This document shows, one piece after another, positions 1-10,102 of a DNA stretch of 64,000 nucleotides (its first letter is position 1; each line of letters opens with the position of its first letter). The position numbers and the translations under genes were made by a program. The stretch comes from Fidelibacterota bacterium (lineage in GTDB: Bacteria; Fidelibacterota; Marinisomatia; SCGC-AAA003-L08; GCA-2689995): positions 2,375-66,374 of the forward strand of contig JACNKR010000063.1 of assembly GCA_014381925.1 (NCBI GenBank), given 5' to 3'. The notes under the pieces were generated by a model. That model ran no database searches and was not told where the DNA came from. It worked only from the letters and a program-made list of their open reading frames with translations.

Positions 1-744
1 ATTTATTCAGGGTCTTTTATTTTTATCGGAAATCCATATTTAAAGCCTGAATATTCTACACAATATGATGTCTCGTTTAAAACTCCTGTGCCAATGGGTT
101 TTGGATATGTAAATTTATTTTATCACGAACTAAAAAATATTATAGAATGGGTAGATGACGATAGTTTTGAAAATGCTGATGTGCTGACCTTTAAAAATGC
201 AGAAAGTGGTTCTACCGTTGGATTTGAATTGTTTACTATGATTATGGGACAAACTATTGGAGGTGGTTATAATATAACTCAAATGGATGACCCGACGGGT
301 GACTATGAGCTAAATGGTAATAAAACACATATGAATATTTTTTCACGAATTAATTTACCTGAAAAATTTATCAAATTCTTTGATTTCGAATTTGGTTTTT
401 ATTATATGAAGATTGGTGTACCTGGTGGCTCATTATTTGGTAATAAAGGGACACTTTGGGCAAATAGTGGAATATCAAAATCATTTATTGATGATAAACT
501 ATCACTATCTCTTAGTATAAATAATTTATTTGATAGTGGTGGGTTCCAATTAGATATTAAAGATAAACCATTATTTGATAGTAGTGGAAGTCAATACGCC
601 TATGAAAATACAAATGTAAATATGTCTCGTCATCCACGGACAATTACCTTTAATATAAAATATCATTTTGGAAAAATGCAGGAAGAAAAACGAACTAGTC
701 GTGGAGGAAGAAATGGTGGCGGTGAAATGGAAATGGGATTTTAA
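1..744 (+). CDS. TonB-dependent receptor / outer-membrane beta-barrel, C-terminal part (5' end lies outside the window)
   Basis: Frame 1 is open from base 1. Translation starts IYSGSFIFIGNPYLKPEYSTQYD (GNPxLKPE-type TBDR motif). Alternating beta-strand-like pattern and terminal aromatic residue (...EMEMGF, stop TAA 742-744). Confidence 0.7.
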   Translation: MYSGSFIFIGNPYLKPEYSTQYDVSFKTPVPMGFGYVNLFYHELKNIIEWVDDDSFENADVLTFKNAESGSTVGFELFTMIMGQTIGGGYNITQMDDPTGDYELNGNKTHMNIFSRINLPEKFIKFFDFEFGFYYMKIGVPGGSLFGNKGTLWANSGISKSFIDDKLSLSLSINNLFDSGGFQLDIKDKPLFDSSGSQYAYENTNVNMSRHPRTITFNIKYHFGKMQEEKRTSRGGRNGGGEMEMGF

Positions 745-753
745 TTAATAGAT

Positions 754-1257
754 TTAAATATCAAATTCTGTGCAATAATTTAAAACCTCCTTTTGGGGTA
801 ATTTTTCTTTTATACCTAAACACATAAAATGATTTCCATTTATATCATATTTACAAAAATAATTAAATTGACGAGCTAAAGTAAAACCAAATCTCATATA
901 ATATTTTGGATCTCCGAGAACGAAAATATATTTAACATTCTGCTTTAATATTTACTCAATTCCATTATTTATTAGCGTAGATCCAGCTTTCATATTTTGA
1001 AATTATGGTAATACACCTATAGGTCCAAGACTCATTCCTATTACTTGATTTAGTTTATTATACATCGGACTAAATGCAATATGTCCAATTGTAAATTCGT
1101 TTACTTTACAAATTAAAGATAAATATAAATGTTTATTACTTCTTAATAGGTTCACAATTTTTCCTTCAGTATTGCTTTTAAATGCAAGAGTATGAATATT
1201 AATTATATCGTCAAAATCATCTGTCATTTCTGGAAATATTTTGATTGAATTATTCAT
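754..1257 (-). pseudogene. YhbS-like GNAT N-acetyltransferase, full length but with two in-frame TAA codons
   Basis: One continuous frame reads MNNSIKIFPEMTDDF...GHIAFSPM...GPIGVLP*FQNMKAGSTLINNGIE*ILKQNVKYIFVLGDPKYYMRFGF...EFDI*. The stops are at 1003-1005 and 952-954 and there is no frameshift. The ATG overlaps the upstream stop (TAATG at 1255-1259). Confidence 0.7.
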
Positions 1258-1622
1258 TATTTTTCTTCTATATATTTCCAAGTATCAGCACCATCAAATT
1301 GACGGATAGGTATATTTTCAATAATTTTTAGAGAAGCCATTCTCATATTTATTGCAACTCTATTTGTATTATCATTGAGTATGGAAGTGTAATGAGTAGA
1401 ACCGCCACAATTTGAACAAAAATGAAAATCGATGGTTTTGTCTCCCCATGAATATATTGAAACTGGATAATTACCTTTAGAAATTTGTACTTCTTTGTCT
1501 GTAAAATATGCCCATAATGCACCAATACGGTTACAAATTGAACAATTACAACTCGTTATTGACAATGGTAGTTTATTTCCAATCAGTTTAATATTTCCAC
1601 AATGGCATTGAGCTTGAAACAA
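1257..1622 (-). CDS. GFA / CENP-V family (glutathione-dependent formaldehyde-activating-like) Cys-rich zinc protein
   Basis: Cysteine pattern CHCG...CNCSICNRIGALWAY...FCSNCG is typical of the GFA family. Apparent TTG start at 1622. Confidence 0.7.
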   Translation of the reverse strand: MFQAQCHCGNIKLIGNKLPLSITSCNCSICNRIGALWAYFTDKEVQISKGNYPVSIYSWGDKTIDFHFCSNCGGSTHYTSILNDNTNRVAINMRMASLKIIENIPIRQFDGADTWKYIEEK

Positions 1623-1626
1623 ATTT

Positions 1627-2298
1627 TTATTTCTCCCTACTTTTAAATTTATTCCACAAATTAATTGTTGAAGCAGTATAAAAAATAATTAAGATTATAT
1701 TTAAATATCCACCTGCAATAATTACTTTCCATTTTCCTGTTAAATTATTAGAAATTATATTTTGAATTAAAAATGGAATTAATGGGTAAAACAATAGAAT
1801 CCAATTTGAATATGTGGTTTTTTTTCTCAGTACATTATAAATAAAAACGAAAGAAAGAATAGCAAATAATGGATAAATAATCATGCGTAATATTTGATTG
1901 ACTTGCACTGCCAATGCAATTGTAGATTGCATATTAAGTTGATATTCAGCCGAAAGTTTGGCGCTTGTTGCTATTGCAATATATTCCGCATGAACTATTC
2001 CATAGGCAATTCCAATACCACCCAAACAGAAAAGAATTATATTTTTAGCAATTAATTTTGATGAGTTAAATGCATAAGAAACATGAAAAGCCCCAAGTAA
2101 ATAAAGCCAACTTGAAAATAATGCACATACACCACTCGCAATAATTCTTGTATTTGAAACTGTTGACATATTTATAATTAAATTTGTTTCTGTCGATGAG
2201 TAATAAATTTACATATCGCCAATAAATAAAATAATTCCACCTAAAATACCAGCTATACCAAAACTTCTTACAATTAATTGTTGGCTAATTTTTTCCAT
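1627..2298 (-). pseudogene. Multi-pass membrane protein of unknown family, interrupted by one in-frame TAA (2209-2211)
   Basis: An ATG at 2298 (overlapping the stop of the upstream BASS gene as TAATG) opens MEKISQQLIVRSFGIAGILGGIILFIGDM*IYYSSTETNLIIN. This runs in the same frame straight into the 180-aa track ORF (MSTVSNTRIIASG...). The downstream part (1627-2169) could still be expressed alone. Confidence 0.55.
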
Positions 2299-3161
2299 TA
2301 TTTTGAATTATGTTTTACAAACCAATAAACAAATGGTAAACAAACAAAATACATTAATATACTATAAACCCCAGAAGGTAAACTTAGTATTGAAAGCCCT
2401 CCATCTTGGTGATTATAGATTAAATTTCCAATAGTTATACCCACCGTGCCATTTTGAATGCCTGATTCTATAGCTACGGTTATCGCTCGTTTTTTACTCA
2501 TTTTAAAAATCCGTGAACTATTATAGCCAATAAAAAGCATTATAAAAATTAATGATATTATGGCGGGAGCTAATAAATTCAGATTTAATATAAATGCATC
2601 CCACTCACTTGTTAATGCTCCAATTAATATAATGATAAATAAAACGGTTGAGATTTTATCAGCTATAGGTTCAAATGATTTTGTAAACTCTTTAAATTTT
2701 GAATGAACTAATAATCCAATTCCAACAGGAAGTGCAGTAATTAAAACCATTGTTAAACCTAAAGAAAATATGTTTATTTCAGGTGCATTTTGACCCATAA
2801 AATGTTGCATGGATAATCCGACAATTAATGGCATTGTAATTACCGTTGCAATACTAACAACTGCTGTAAAAGAAATAGATAATGCAGTATCTCCTTTTGC
2901 AAGCTTTGTAATTACATTTGTTGTAACACCCCCGGGACAACATGCGAGTATAATCATTCCAACTGCTAATTCAGGCGATAGTCCAAATAAAGTTACAATA
3001 ATAAATGCAAAGAGAGGTAAAAGAAGCATTTGATTAATTAATCCAATAGTAAATGCTTTTGGCTCTCTAATCACATCTTTAAAATTTTCTATTGTAAGTC
3101 CTAACCCGAGCGAGAACATAATAAATACGAGTGAAAGTGGTAATAAAATATCTAATATCAT
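2298..3161 (-). CDS. Bile acid:Na+ symporter (BASS/SBF) family transporter
   Basis: Polytopic hydrophobic protein with GLSPELAVGMIILACCPGGVTTNVITKLAKGD, typical of the SBF/BASS fold. Confidence 0.8.
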   Translation of the reverse strand: MILDILLPLSLVFIMFSLGLGLTIENFKDVIREPKAFTIGLINQMLLLPLFAFIIVTLFGLSPELAVGMIILACCPGGVTTNVITKLAKGDTALSISFTAVVSIATVITMPLIVGLSMQHFMGQNAPEINIFSLGLTMVLITALPVGIGLLVHSKFKEFTKSFEPIADKISTVLFIIILIGALTSEWDAFILNLNLLAPAIISLIFIMLFIGYNSSRIFKMSKKRAITVAIESGIQNGTVGITIGNLIYNHQDGGLSILSLPSGVYSILMYFVCLPFVYWFVKHNSK

Positions 3162-3188
3162 TGTTATTATTTCTTTTTTTTATAATTT

Positions 3189-3596
3189 TTAATCAAAATT
3201 GTTAAAAGTATATTCAACTTTTATTCCATCGGGGTCTTCAAAAAAAATGGCGTATGTATTATTTCCGCCAGCATTGGGAAATCTGTCTTCATACAAAATA
3301 GGTATATTTTTCTTTTTTAATTTTTTATACATTTTATCTACATCTAATTTAGAATCAGATATAAATGCAAGATGGTTTAATCCTGTTTGGCATCTATTAT
3401 ATTTTGTTTGATTATGTTTCTTAACGGTTTGGACAAATACTATATAGGTATTTCCTAATTTCCAACTAATACCATCTTCCCATTTTTGAAATTGATTATA
3501 TCCTAATTCTTCTAAAAACCATTTCCAAAATATTGTGCTTAATTTTAAATCAGAAACATATATCTCAACATGACTTAATTGACCTTTATTAAACAT
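3189..3596 (-). CDS. VOC (glyoxalase / bleomycin resistance / dioxygenase) family protein
   Basis: SHVEIYVSDL...GLNHLAF...FEDPDGIKVEY, the paired beta-alpha-beta-beta-beta motif pattern of the VOC family. Confidence 0.75.
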   Translation of the reverse strand: MFNKGQLSHVEIYVSDLKLSTIFWKWFLEELGYNQFQKWEDGISWKLGNTYIVFVQTVKKHNQTKYNRCQTGLNHLAFISDSKLDVDKMYKKLKKKNIPILYEDRFPNAGGNNTYAIFFEDPDGIKVEYTFNNFD

Positions 3597-3892
3597 TAAT
3601 TTATTTTATATTCATAAAGATTGCCATAACTATTAATATGTTTATTGACTTTATTAATAAATTTAATTCCATAATTTTCATAATAATTACGTAGCATATG
3701 ACTTTCAGAATAGCAATCTAATTTAATAAACTGTTTATCAGAAGCATTTGCTAATTTAATTACATTATCTAAAATAGCCTTACCAATATTTTACCCTTAA
3801 TAATTTTGACATATAAATAATTTAAAAAAATATAATGGAATTGGACAGGAACTGAAATTTAATATATGTTTTTAATTGGACTATTGAGCCAT
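3596..3892 (-). pseudogene. Decayed, N-terminally truncated GNAT acetyltransferase remnant
   Basis: The frame reads MAQ*SN*KHILNFSSCPIPLYFFKLFICQNY*G*NIGKAILDNVIKLANASDKQFIKLDCYSESHMLRNYYENYGIKFINK...YEYKIN*. It contains the GNAT acetyl-CoA motif (Q/R-x-x-G-x-G/A region) and C-terminal beta strands. In-frame stops: TAG 3881-3883; TAA 3872-3874, 3797-3799 and 3791-3793. Its stop overlaps the VOC ATG (TAATG). Confidence 0.55.
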
Positions 3893-3924
3893 TATTGAAT
3901 TTAATTACCATATTAAAATATATT

Positions 3925-4260
3925 TTAAAGAGGTGGTTTTTTTCGGGATTCTTTTATTTCGGAGCGATGTTTTTTATCTTTTAATCGTTTTTCTTTTTGT
4001 GATTTAGGAATACGAGTATGTTTTCTAGGGATGTCAACTTTAAAATGTTCTTCTAATTTTTTCCACAGATTATCAAGACAAATTGATTTATTTTGATATT
4101 GACTTCTTTCATTCTGACAGCTAGCCGTAATTCCTGTAGGTAGATGAGTTATTCGAACGGCACTTTCAGTTTTATTGGTATGTTGTCCACCTTTGCCACC
4201 AGATCTAAAAGTTTCAATTTTACAGTCTTTTAAAAGCGCTTCCTTAGATTGATACTTAAT
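3925..4260 (-). CDS. Minimal GGQ (RF-1 domain) protein, ArfB/peptidyl-tRNA-hydrolase-like with a basic C-terminal tail; start codon non-canonical or lost
   Basis: Not in the ORF track. Frame is open 4275->3925: [119 protein letters not shown] is at 4183-4191. There is no ATG/GTG/TTG upstream of the GGQ motif, so the coordinates assume the ATT at 4258-4260. Confidence 0.7.
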   Translation of the reverse strand: MKYQSKEALLKDCKIETFRSGGKGGQHTNKTESAVRITHLPTGITASCQNERSQYQNKSICLDNLWKKLEEHFKVDIPRKHTRIPKSQKEKRLKDKKHRSEIKESRKKPPL

Positions 4261-4264
4261 TGAA

Positions 4265-4272
4265 CACCTCTT
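4265..4272 (-). promoter_or_regulatory. Shine-Dalgarno-like AAGAGGTG, 4 nt upstream of the ATT codon of the GGQ ORF
   Basis: The minus strand reads TAA-TGT-AAGAGGTG-TTCA-ATT-AAG immediately after the stop of the nuclease gene. Confidence 0.4.
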
Positions 4273-4275
4273 ACA

Positions 4276-5346
4276 TTATTTATGGATAATAAATTTTTGA
4301 GAGATTATTTCATTTTTTATATTTATACTAAAGAAATACATTCCAGATGGTAATGATTTATGTTGATATTCCCATCGGTTTATTCCTGATTGAGAATTTC
4401 CATTAAATATATGATTTATATGCTGACCCGTAATATTTACAATATCAATATTAACTTTTTGTATGTTTTCAATTTCCATTTCTAAAATAGTTGTAGAATT
4501 CTTTTGAATAATATTAATGAGTGGTTTATAATGTTGATGTTGGTCTTCAATAGATAAATCACACATATCTGTCCAAATACATTCAACCCATTCAGGGTGG
4601 TCTATAAATGGATTTCTATTGTCTTGAATATCGTAAATTTCATCATTCCGATTAATTTCTTTTTCGCTAACAGGGTCTAGTTGATGCCAATTTAGTAATA
4701 CATTTATTGCCCAATCTTTTATTTCTGCACCATTTGTCATATCCGTATTATCCCAAGATGAATCTTCATTATAATATCGCGTGGACATATAAAAATAAGT
4801 ACGAGCGATGTCTCCTTTATATTCGTCAATGGGTTCAAATACAACTCCATTATACCCAGAATTTGAGCAATTACCTTTTTTACTACCATTGGTTGAAGTC
4901 CAAGAAGCAGAACCCACATCGCCATAAGGATAACTACCTCTATGGCTATTTACATATCCATCGGTGGGATAAACATGGAATAAGTCCGATTTCATTGGAC
5001 TTCCGCTATTAAACCAACTTTGAGGCCAAGAATGTTCACGATTGTAACAATCACCTTCACTATTATAATTTCCACAATGATCAGAATCTACAAAATGATA
5101 TACATAGGCAGGGTTACCATTGGGGACATCTGAATAAATATCCCATACGGTTCCATTTGATTTTCTATCCGTGGATTCAAAATGGTCATGGAGTGAGCCA
5201 TAACTTTGGGAATCATGATTATCAATAATATTGTGTAATGCAATTTTTAATGAATTACCTTCAAGCCCTTCTGCAGAATTATAATATCCATTCGGAATGT
5301 CAGCAAAAATAAGTGATAAATAAATAAATAATATTAGTTTAAACAT
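4276..5346 (-). CDS. Secreted endonuclease I family nuclease with T9SS-type C-terminal sorting domain
   Basis: Signal peptide MFKLILFIYLSLIFA. Endonuclease I motifs NREHSWPQSWF, SDLFHVYPTDGYVNSHRGSYPYG, NRNPFIDHPEW. C-terminal about 80 aa (VNIDIVNITGQHI...LPSGMYFFSINIKNEIISQKFIIHK) resemble a T9SS CTD. Confidence 0.8.
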   Translation of the reverse strand: MFKLILFIYLSLIFADIPNGYYNSAEGLEGNSLKIALHNIIDNHDSQSYGSLHDHFESTDRKSNGTVWDIYSDVPNGNPAYVYHFVDSDHCGNYNSEGDCYNREHSWPQSWFNSGSPMKSDLFHVYPTDGYVNSHRGSYPYGDVGSASWTSTNGSKKGNCSNSGYNGVVFEPIDEYKGDIARTYFYMSTRYYNEDSSWDNTDMTNGAEIKDWAINVLLNWHQLDPVSEKEINRNDEIYDIQDNRNPFIDHPEWVECIWTDMCDLSIEDQHQHYKPLINIIQKNSTTILEMEIENIQKVNIDIVNITGQHINHIFNGNSQSGINRWEYQHKSLPSGMYFFSINIKNEIISQKFIIHK

Positions 5347-5403
5347 AGATTAAATTACAGCTTTATGAGTGCAGAAAAGAATGTAAATTGAGTTTAAATT
5401 TAA

Positions 5404-6990
<1,587 letters not shown>

Positions 6991-7043
6991 AATATAAAGA
7001 AAAAAAAGGTACTTCAATTAGATGTTGTTATATAGTAAAAATA

Positions 7044-7850
7044 TTATAATTCACCTAATATTGTATTAACGATGATGACAATATCAATAATATCAATATT
7101 ACCACTATTATTCATATAAGCTGATTCAATTTGAATACCCGTGGGGATTATTTCTTCCATAATAATGTCGATGAGGATAAGGATATCTATAATATTAACT
7201 AAAATATCACCATTTATATCTCCATAAACCAAGCCGCCAGTTATTGAAACATAGTTCTCTTTAGTGAATGTTGAGGTCTCTTCATTATTGGTTATGGTTA
7301 GCGTTACCGTATAGTCACCAGAAAACTCATAAGTATGTTCAGGGTAATGTTCTTCACTATCAATAATACCATCAGTGTCAAAATCCCATTGCCATGAGGT
7401 GGGGTTGCCTTGGGAGAGGTCATTAAAAGTTAATGTTAAAGGTGCATTACCCGTAACAGGGTAAGTTGCAAAATTAGAGTGGAGTGAAAAATCCTCTAAT
7501 TCATACACATATACAGAGCCCGACATATTGTTTTTCATAGGGGAAGCATTTAAAACATGGGTGTGACCTATTCCTAAATAGTGACCTATTTCATGTGGTA
7601 AAGTTGCTTAATTATGATAATCGTACATGATTATTAAAGCATTTTTAAAAGGATTTGCAAGGCCAGATATAAAGCCAAAACTATTTGATATTGTATTTGT
7701 TATATAAATATTTAGAGTATATTGATTATAGTTTGGATCATCATTTATATTATTGGGAGAGATTATATCGTTAAAATAATTAATACAATCATAATAATTA
7801 TCATTATATATATGATTAAGTTGAAAAATTCTTTTGATAATGTACAACAA
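7044..7850 (-). pseudogene. Matrixin/metzincin-type zinc metalloprotease with PKD and dockerin-like modules; lacks a signal peptide and has an in-frame TAA
   Basis: Track ORFs 7608-7850 and 7044-7538 are one frame: ...NALIIMYDYHN*ATLPHEIGHYLGIGHTHVLNASPMKNNM.... HExxHxxGxxH is at 7563-7595 and is followed by a Met-turn-like SPM. TAA at 7608-7610. Downstream are a PKD-like domain (WQWDFDTDG...YTVTLTITN) and dockerin-like GDINGDILVNIIDI / NNSGNIDIIDIV repeats. The N-terminus starts right after the tonB terminator with no signal peptide. Confidence 0.6.
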
Positions 7851-7871
7851 TTATTTCACAAATGTATAATA

Positions 7872-7898
7872 TAAAAAAGGCATCCAATAAGGATGCCT
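7872..7898 (-). terminator. Rho-independent terminator of the exbB-exbD-exbD-tonB operon
   Basis: Perfect 8-bp stem AGGCATCC/GGATGCCT (7878-7898) with a 5-nt loop, followed on the minus strand by TTTTTA. Confidence 0.75.
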
Positions 7899-7928
7899 CT
7901 AAACAACAAAAAAGAAAATTAGTTTTTA

Positions 7929-8552
7929 TTAATTATTTGTCAATTTAAAGTTAATTGGAATTGACATCCATACTCCAACCTTTTTATCTCGTTGACGAGC
8001 AGGTTTCCATCGCGTTCTTTTAACAGCTTCTTCAGCCGCTTCATTTAATCCTGTATTTGGAATTCCTTTTAAAATCATTGTCTCTTCAACAACACCTCTT
8101 TTATTAATAAAAGCTTGAACAATTACAGTACCTTCAATTCCTGCCTCCATTGCAATTTCAGGATATTCCGGCCGGATTGGTGAAAGCGGTTTAGGTGCTT
8201 TATCATAAGGAATAAATTTAACTTTTCGCCCCTGATCAGGAGGGGGAGGGGGTGCATCCCAGTCTTCAAGATCATCTAAATCTGTTTCTTCAATTGTAAT
8301 ATCATCATCTAAAAATTCATCCTCTGATGCAATTGGAACAGAAGGTCGAGCTGGTGGTTTTTCAATTTGCATTTGCTCTGTGGGAGGAACAACTATAGAT
8401 TCAATATCTGTCGGAATATATTTTTCAATTGCGGATGTATTCTCAAGTAGGCGGGGGGAAAAATAAAAGACACTCGCTATTAAAATAATAACTCCAAGTG
8501 AAATAGCACGAATACGAACAGGATAATTTAAAACAAGTGGATCTACACGCAT
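7929..8552 (-). CDS. tonB: Energy transducer TonB
   Basis: N-terminal TM anchor, Pro/Glu-rich spacer (APPPPPDQG, KAPKPLSPIRPEYPE) and TonB C-terminal domain (GIEGTVIVQAFINKRGVV...). Lies last in an exbBDD cluster. Confidence 0.8.
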   Translation of the reverse strand: MRVDPLVLNYPVRIRAISLGVIILIASVFYFSPRLLENTSAIEKYIPTDIESIVVPPTEQMQIEKPPARPSVPIASEDEFLDDDITIEETDLDDLEDWDAPPPPPDQGRKVKFIPYDKAPKPLSPIRPEYPEIAMEAGIEGTVIVQAFINKRGVVEETMILKGIPNTGLNEAAEEAVKRTRWKPARQRDKKVGVWMSIPINFKLTNN

Positions 8553-8555
8553 ACG

Positions 8556-8966
8556 TTAGTCAATCTTTGTTAAAGCTGAATAGTTTAATTTTAATGCTTG
8601 AGCATTCCTCATTTCAGTATGAATATCTGTAATTACTTTCATTTGTGCATCTTCATCTGATTTTAAAGAAATTGTCAATTTAGGGTCTGACGATATTTTT
8701 TTATAAATGATGTTTCGAAGACCTTGTCCTTGAATTATTCGGTCATCAATATTTACTAAACCATCTTTAGAAGCCCAAATATAAGTTGTATGTCTTTTGC
8801 TTTCTAATTTTTCAATAGTCCTTGCAGTTGGCAATAATACTTTTAATCCTTCAAATTCTCGCATTACAGTTGTTACCATAAAAAAGATTAACAGCATGAA
8901 GATTATATCTGGCATTGATGAAGTAGATATGCCTTTTTTAGTTGATGTTTTACGAATAACTTTCAT
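8556..8966 (-). CDS. exbD: Biopolymer transport protein ExbD/TolR
   Basis: SSMPDIIFMLLIFFMVTT single-TM motif plus a periplasmic domain; cluster context. Confidence 0.85.
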   Translation of the reverse strand: MKVIRKTSTKKGISTSSMPDIIFMLLIFFMVTTVMREFEGLKVLLPTARTIEKLESKRHTTYIWASKDGLVNIDDRIIQGQGLRNIIYKKISSDPKLTISLKSDEDAQMKVITDIHTEMRNAQALKLNYSALTKID

Positions 8967-9365
8967 TTATTGATCCGGATTAGCAATAGAAATACGAGAT
9001 GCTTTGGCTATTTTCAATTGATCTAAAATTAATATATAATCACTATATTTTGTTCTTGAATGGGTTTGTACCGAAAAAATCATTTTATCATTTTTCCGCA
9101 ATTTATCTGATACCAACCGAGAAATTTCTCTTGCTTTTGCAGGTTTCTCATCAAATAATACTTTCCCAGATTCATTAATTAAAATATTTGTAATATTTTT
9201 ACGGTTTACTTCTAGTTCTTCACCAGCTGGAGGAAGAACTAAATTTAACCCCTTGTCCATTGAAATTGTTGTGGTTACCAAGAAGAATACCAATAGCAAA
9301 AATGCAATATCTGCCATCGATGATGAATTTATTTCCTCAGGTTCTCTTCGGTTACTTTTAAACAT
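8967..9365 (-). CDS. exbD: Biopolymer transport protein ExbD/TolR (second copy)
   Basis: SSMADIAFLLLVFFLVTT motif; adjacent to exbB. Confidence 0.85.
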   Translation of the reverse strand: MFKSNRREPEEINSSSMADIAFLLLVFFLVTTTISMDKGLNLVLPPAGEELEVNRKNITNILINESGKVLFDEKPAKAREISRLVSDKLRKNDKMIFSVQTHSRTKYSDYILILDQLKIAKASRISIANPDQ

Positions 9366-9377
9366 AAAAATTAAGTT

Positions 9378-10004
9378 TTAGTTATTTTTTCTAAAATGAC
9401 TTTTAATTGAATCCATTACAACAACAGCACCTTTTTGCATATTTACAATTTGTAAATCAATAATATATAGGCATAAGTTTTGGAATAATTGAAGAATTAC
9501 AGCAGCAATTAATCCAAATGCAGTTGTTAATAGAGCAACAGAAATACCACCTGCAACAACCGCAGGTGAAATATCATTGGCCGCTTTAATATCATCAAAA
9601 GCTTGAATCATACCCACAACCGTTCCAAGAAATCCAATCATTGGTGCCGTTGCAATACAAAGAGAAATCCATGTCATGTTTTTTTCCATTGCAGCCATTT
9701 CAATTGCGGCAGTATTTTCCATAGATTTTTCGGCTTCAGCTACACCAAACTCTGCTTTTGTAACAGTTTCATGGCATAAATTTGCTATTGGCCCAACACC
9801 TTCTAAGCTTTTATCAACAGCAGTCTTAAACCCTGATGAAGTAACAGTATCTGCAACTTCTTCAGAAAAAGTAAAACCGTAACCAAGTCCTTTAAATAAA
9901 AAATATAATCTTTCAGCTACAAAAAACAAGCCGATGATTAAAATTATTAAAATAGGGTACATATACCCGCCACCTTGGTTAAAATAATATGTGGCTACTT
10001 GCAT
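9378..10004 (-). CDS. exbB: MotA/TolQ/ExbB proton channel protein
   Basis: Three TM segments and the conserved APMIGFLGTVVGMIQAF...GGISVALLTTAFGL region. Confidence 0.85.
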   Translation of the reverse strand: MQVATYYFNQGGGYMYPILIILIIGLFFVAERLYFLFKGLGYGFTFSEEVADTVTSSGFKTAVDKSLEGVGPIANLCHETVTKAEFGVAEAEKSMENTAAIEMAAMEKNMTWISLCIATAPMIGFLGTVVGMIQAFDDIKAANDISPAVVAGGISVALLTTAFGLIAAVILQLFQNLCLYIIDLQIVNMQKGAVVVMDSIKSHFRKNN

Positions 10005-10034
10005 AAATGTCCTTTCATAAAATGAGTTCTAATT

Positions 10035-10071
10035 AAAAAATAGTGGTAAAAATTTAGCCGTAAATTTTACC
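10035..10071 (-). terminator. Rho-independent terminator downstream of ctp
   Basis: Minus strand: GGTAAAATTTA-cggc-TAAATTTTTACC hairpin (10045-10071, one bulge), followed by ACTATTTTTT. Confidence 0.6.
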
Positions 10072-10102
10072 CCATATTTACACTATAGACAAAGAGGAAT
10101 TT

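Noticed and set aside
2809-3033. Short ORFs in the track antisense to or nested in larger genes (e.g. 2809-3033, 3199-3411, 4707-5012, 4737-4925, 6105-6305, 9676-9882, 11728-11934, 13062-13394, 13499-13687, 15113-15301, 16766-16990, 18116-18852, 20822-21058, 23183-23419, 26171-26401, 26936-27301, 28522-28949, 29102-29290, 31686-31898, 36281-36980, 38426-38638, 41594-41776, 42369-44460, 46685-47683, 48260-48595, 49051-49410, 51025-51603, 53393-53596, 56684-57133, 57364-57570, 60314-60789, 62992-63270)
   Set aside because: All lie inside well-supported genes on the opposite strand or in another frame. They have low-complexity or hydrophobic shadow-frame composition typical of AT-rich DNA and no recognisable motifs.
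4276-4278. Readthrough fusion of the endonuclease I gene with the in-frame GGQ ORF behind its TAA
   Set aside because: The nuclease ends with a complete T9SS-type C-terminal sorting domain, which must be C-terminal to function. The SD-like AAGAGGTG after the stop argues for separate initiation.
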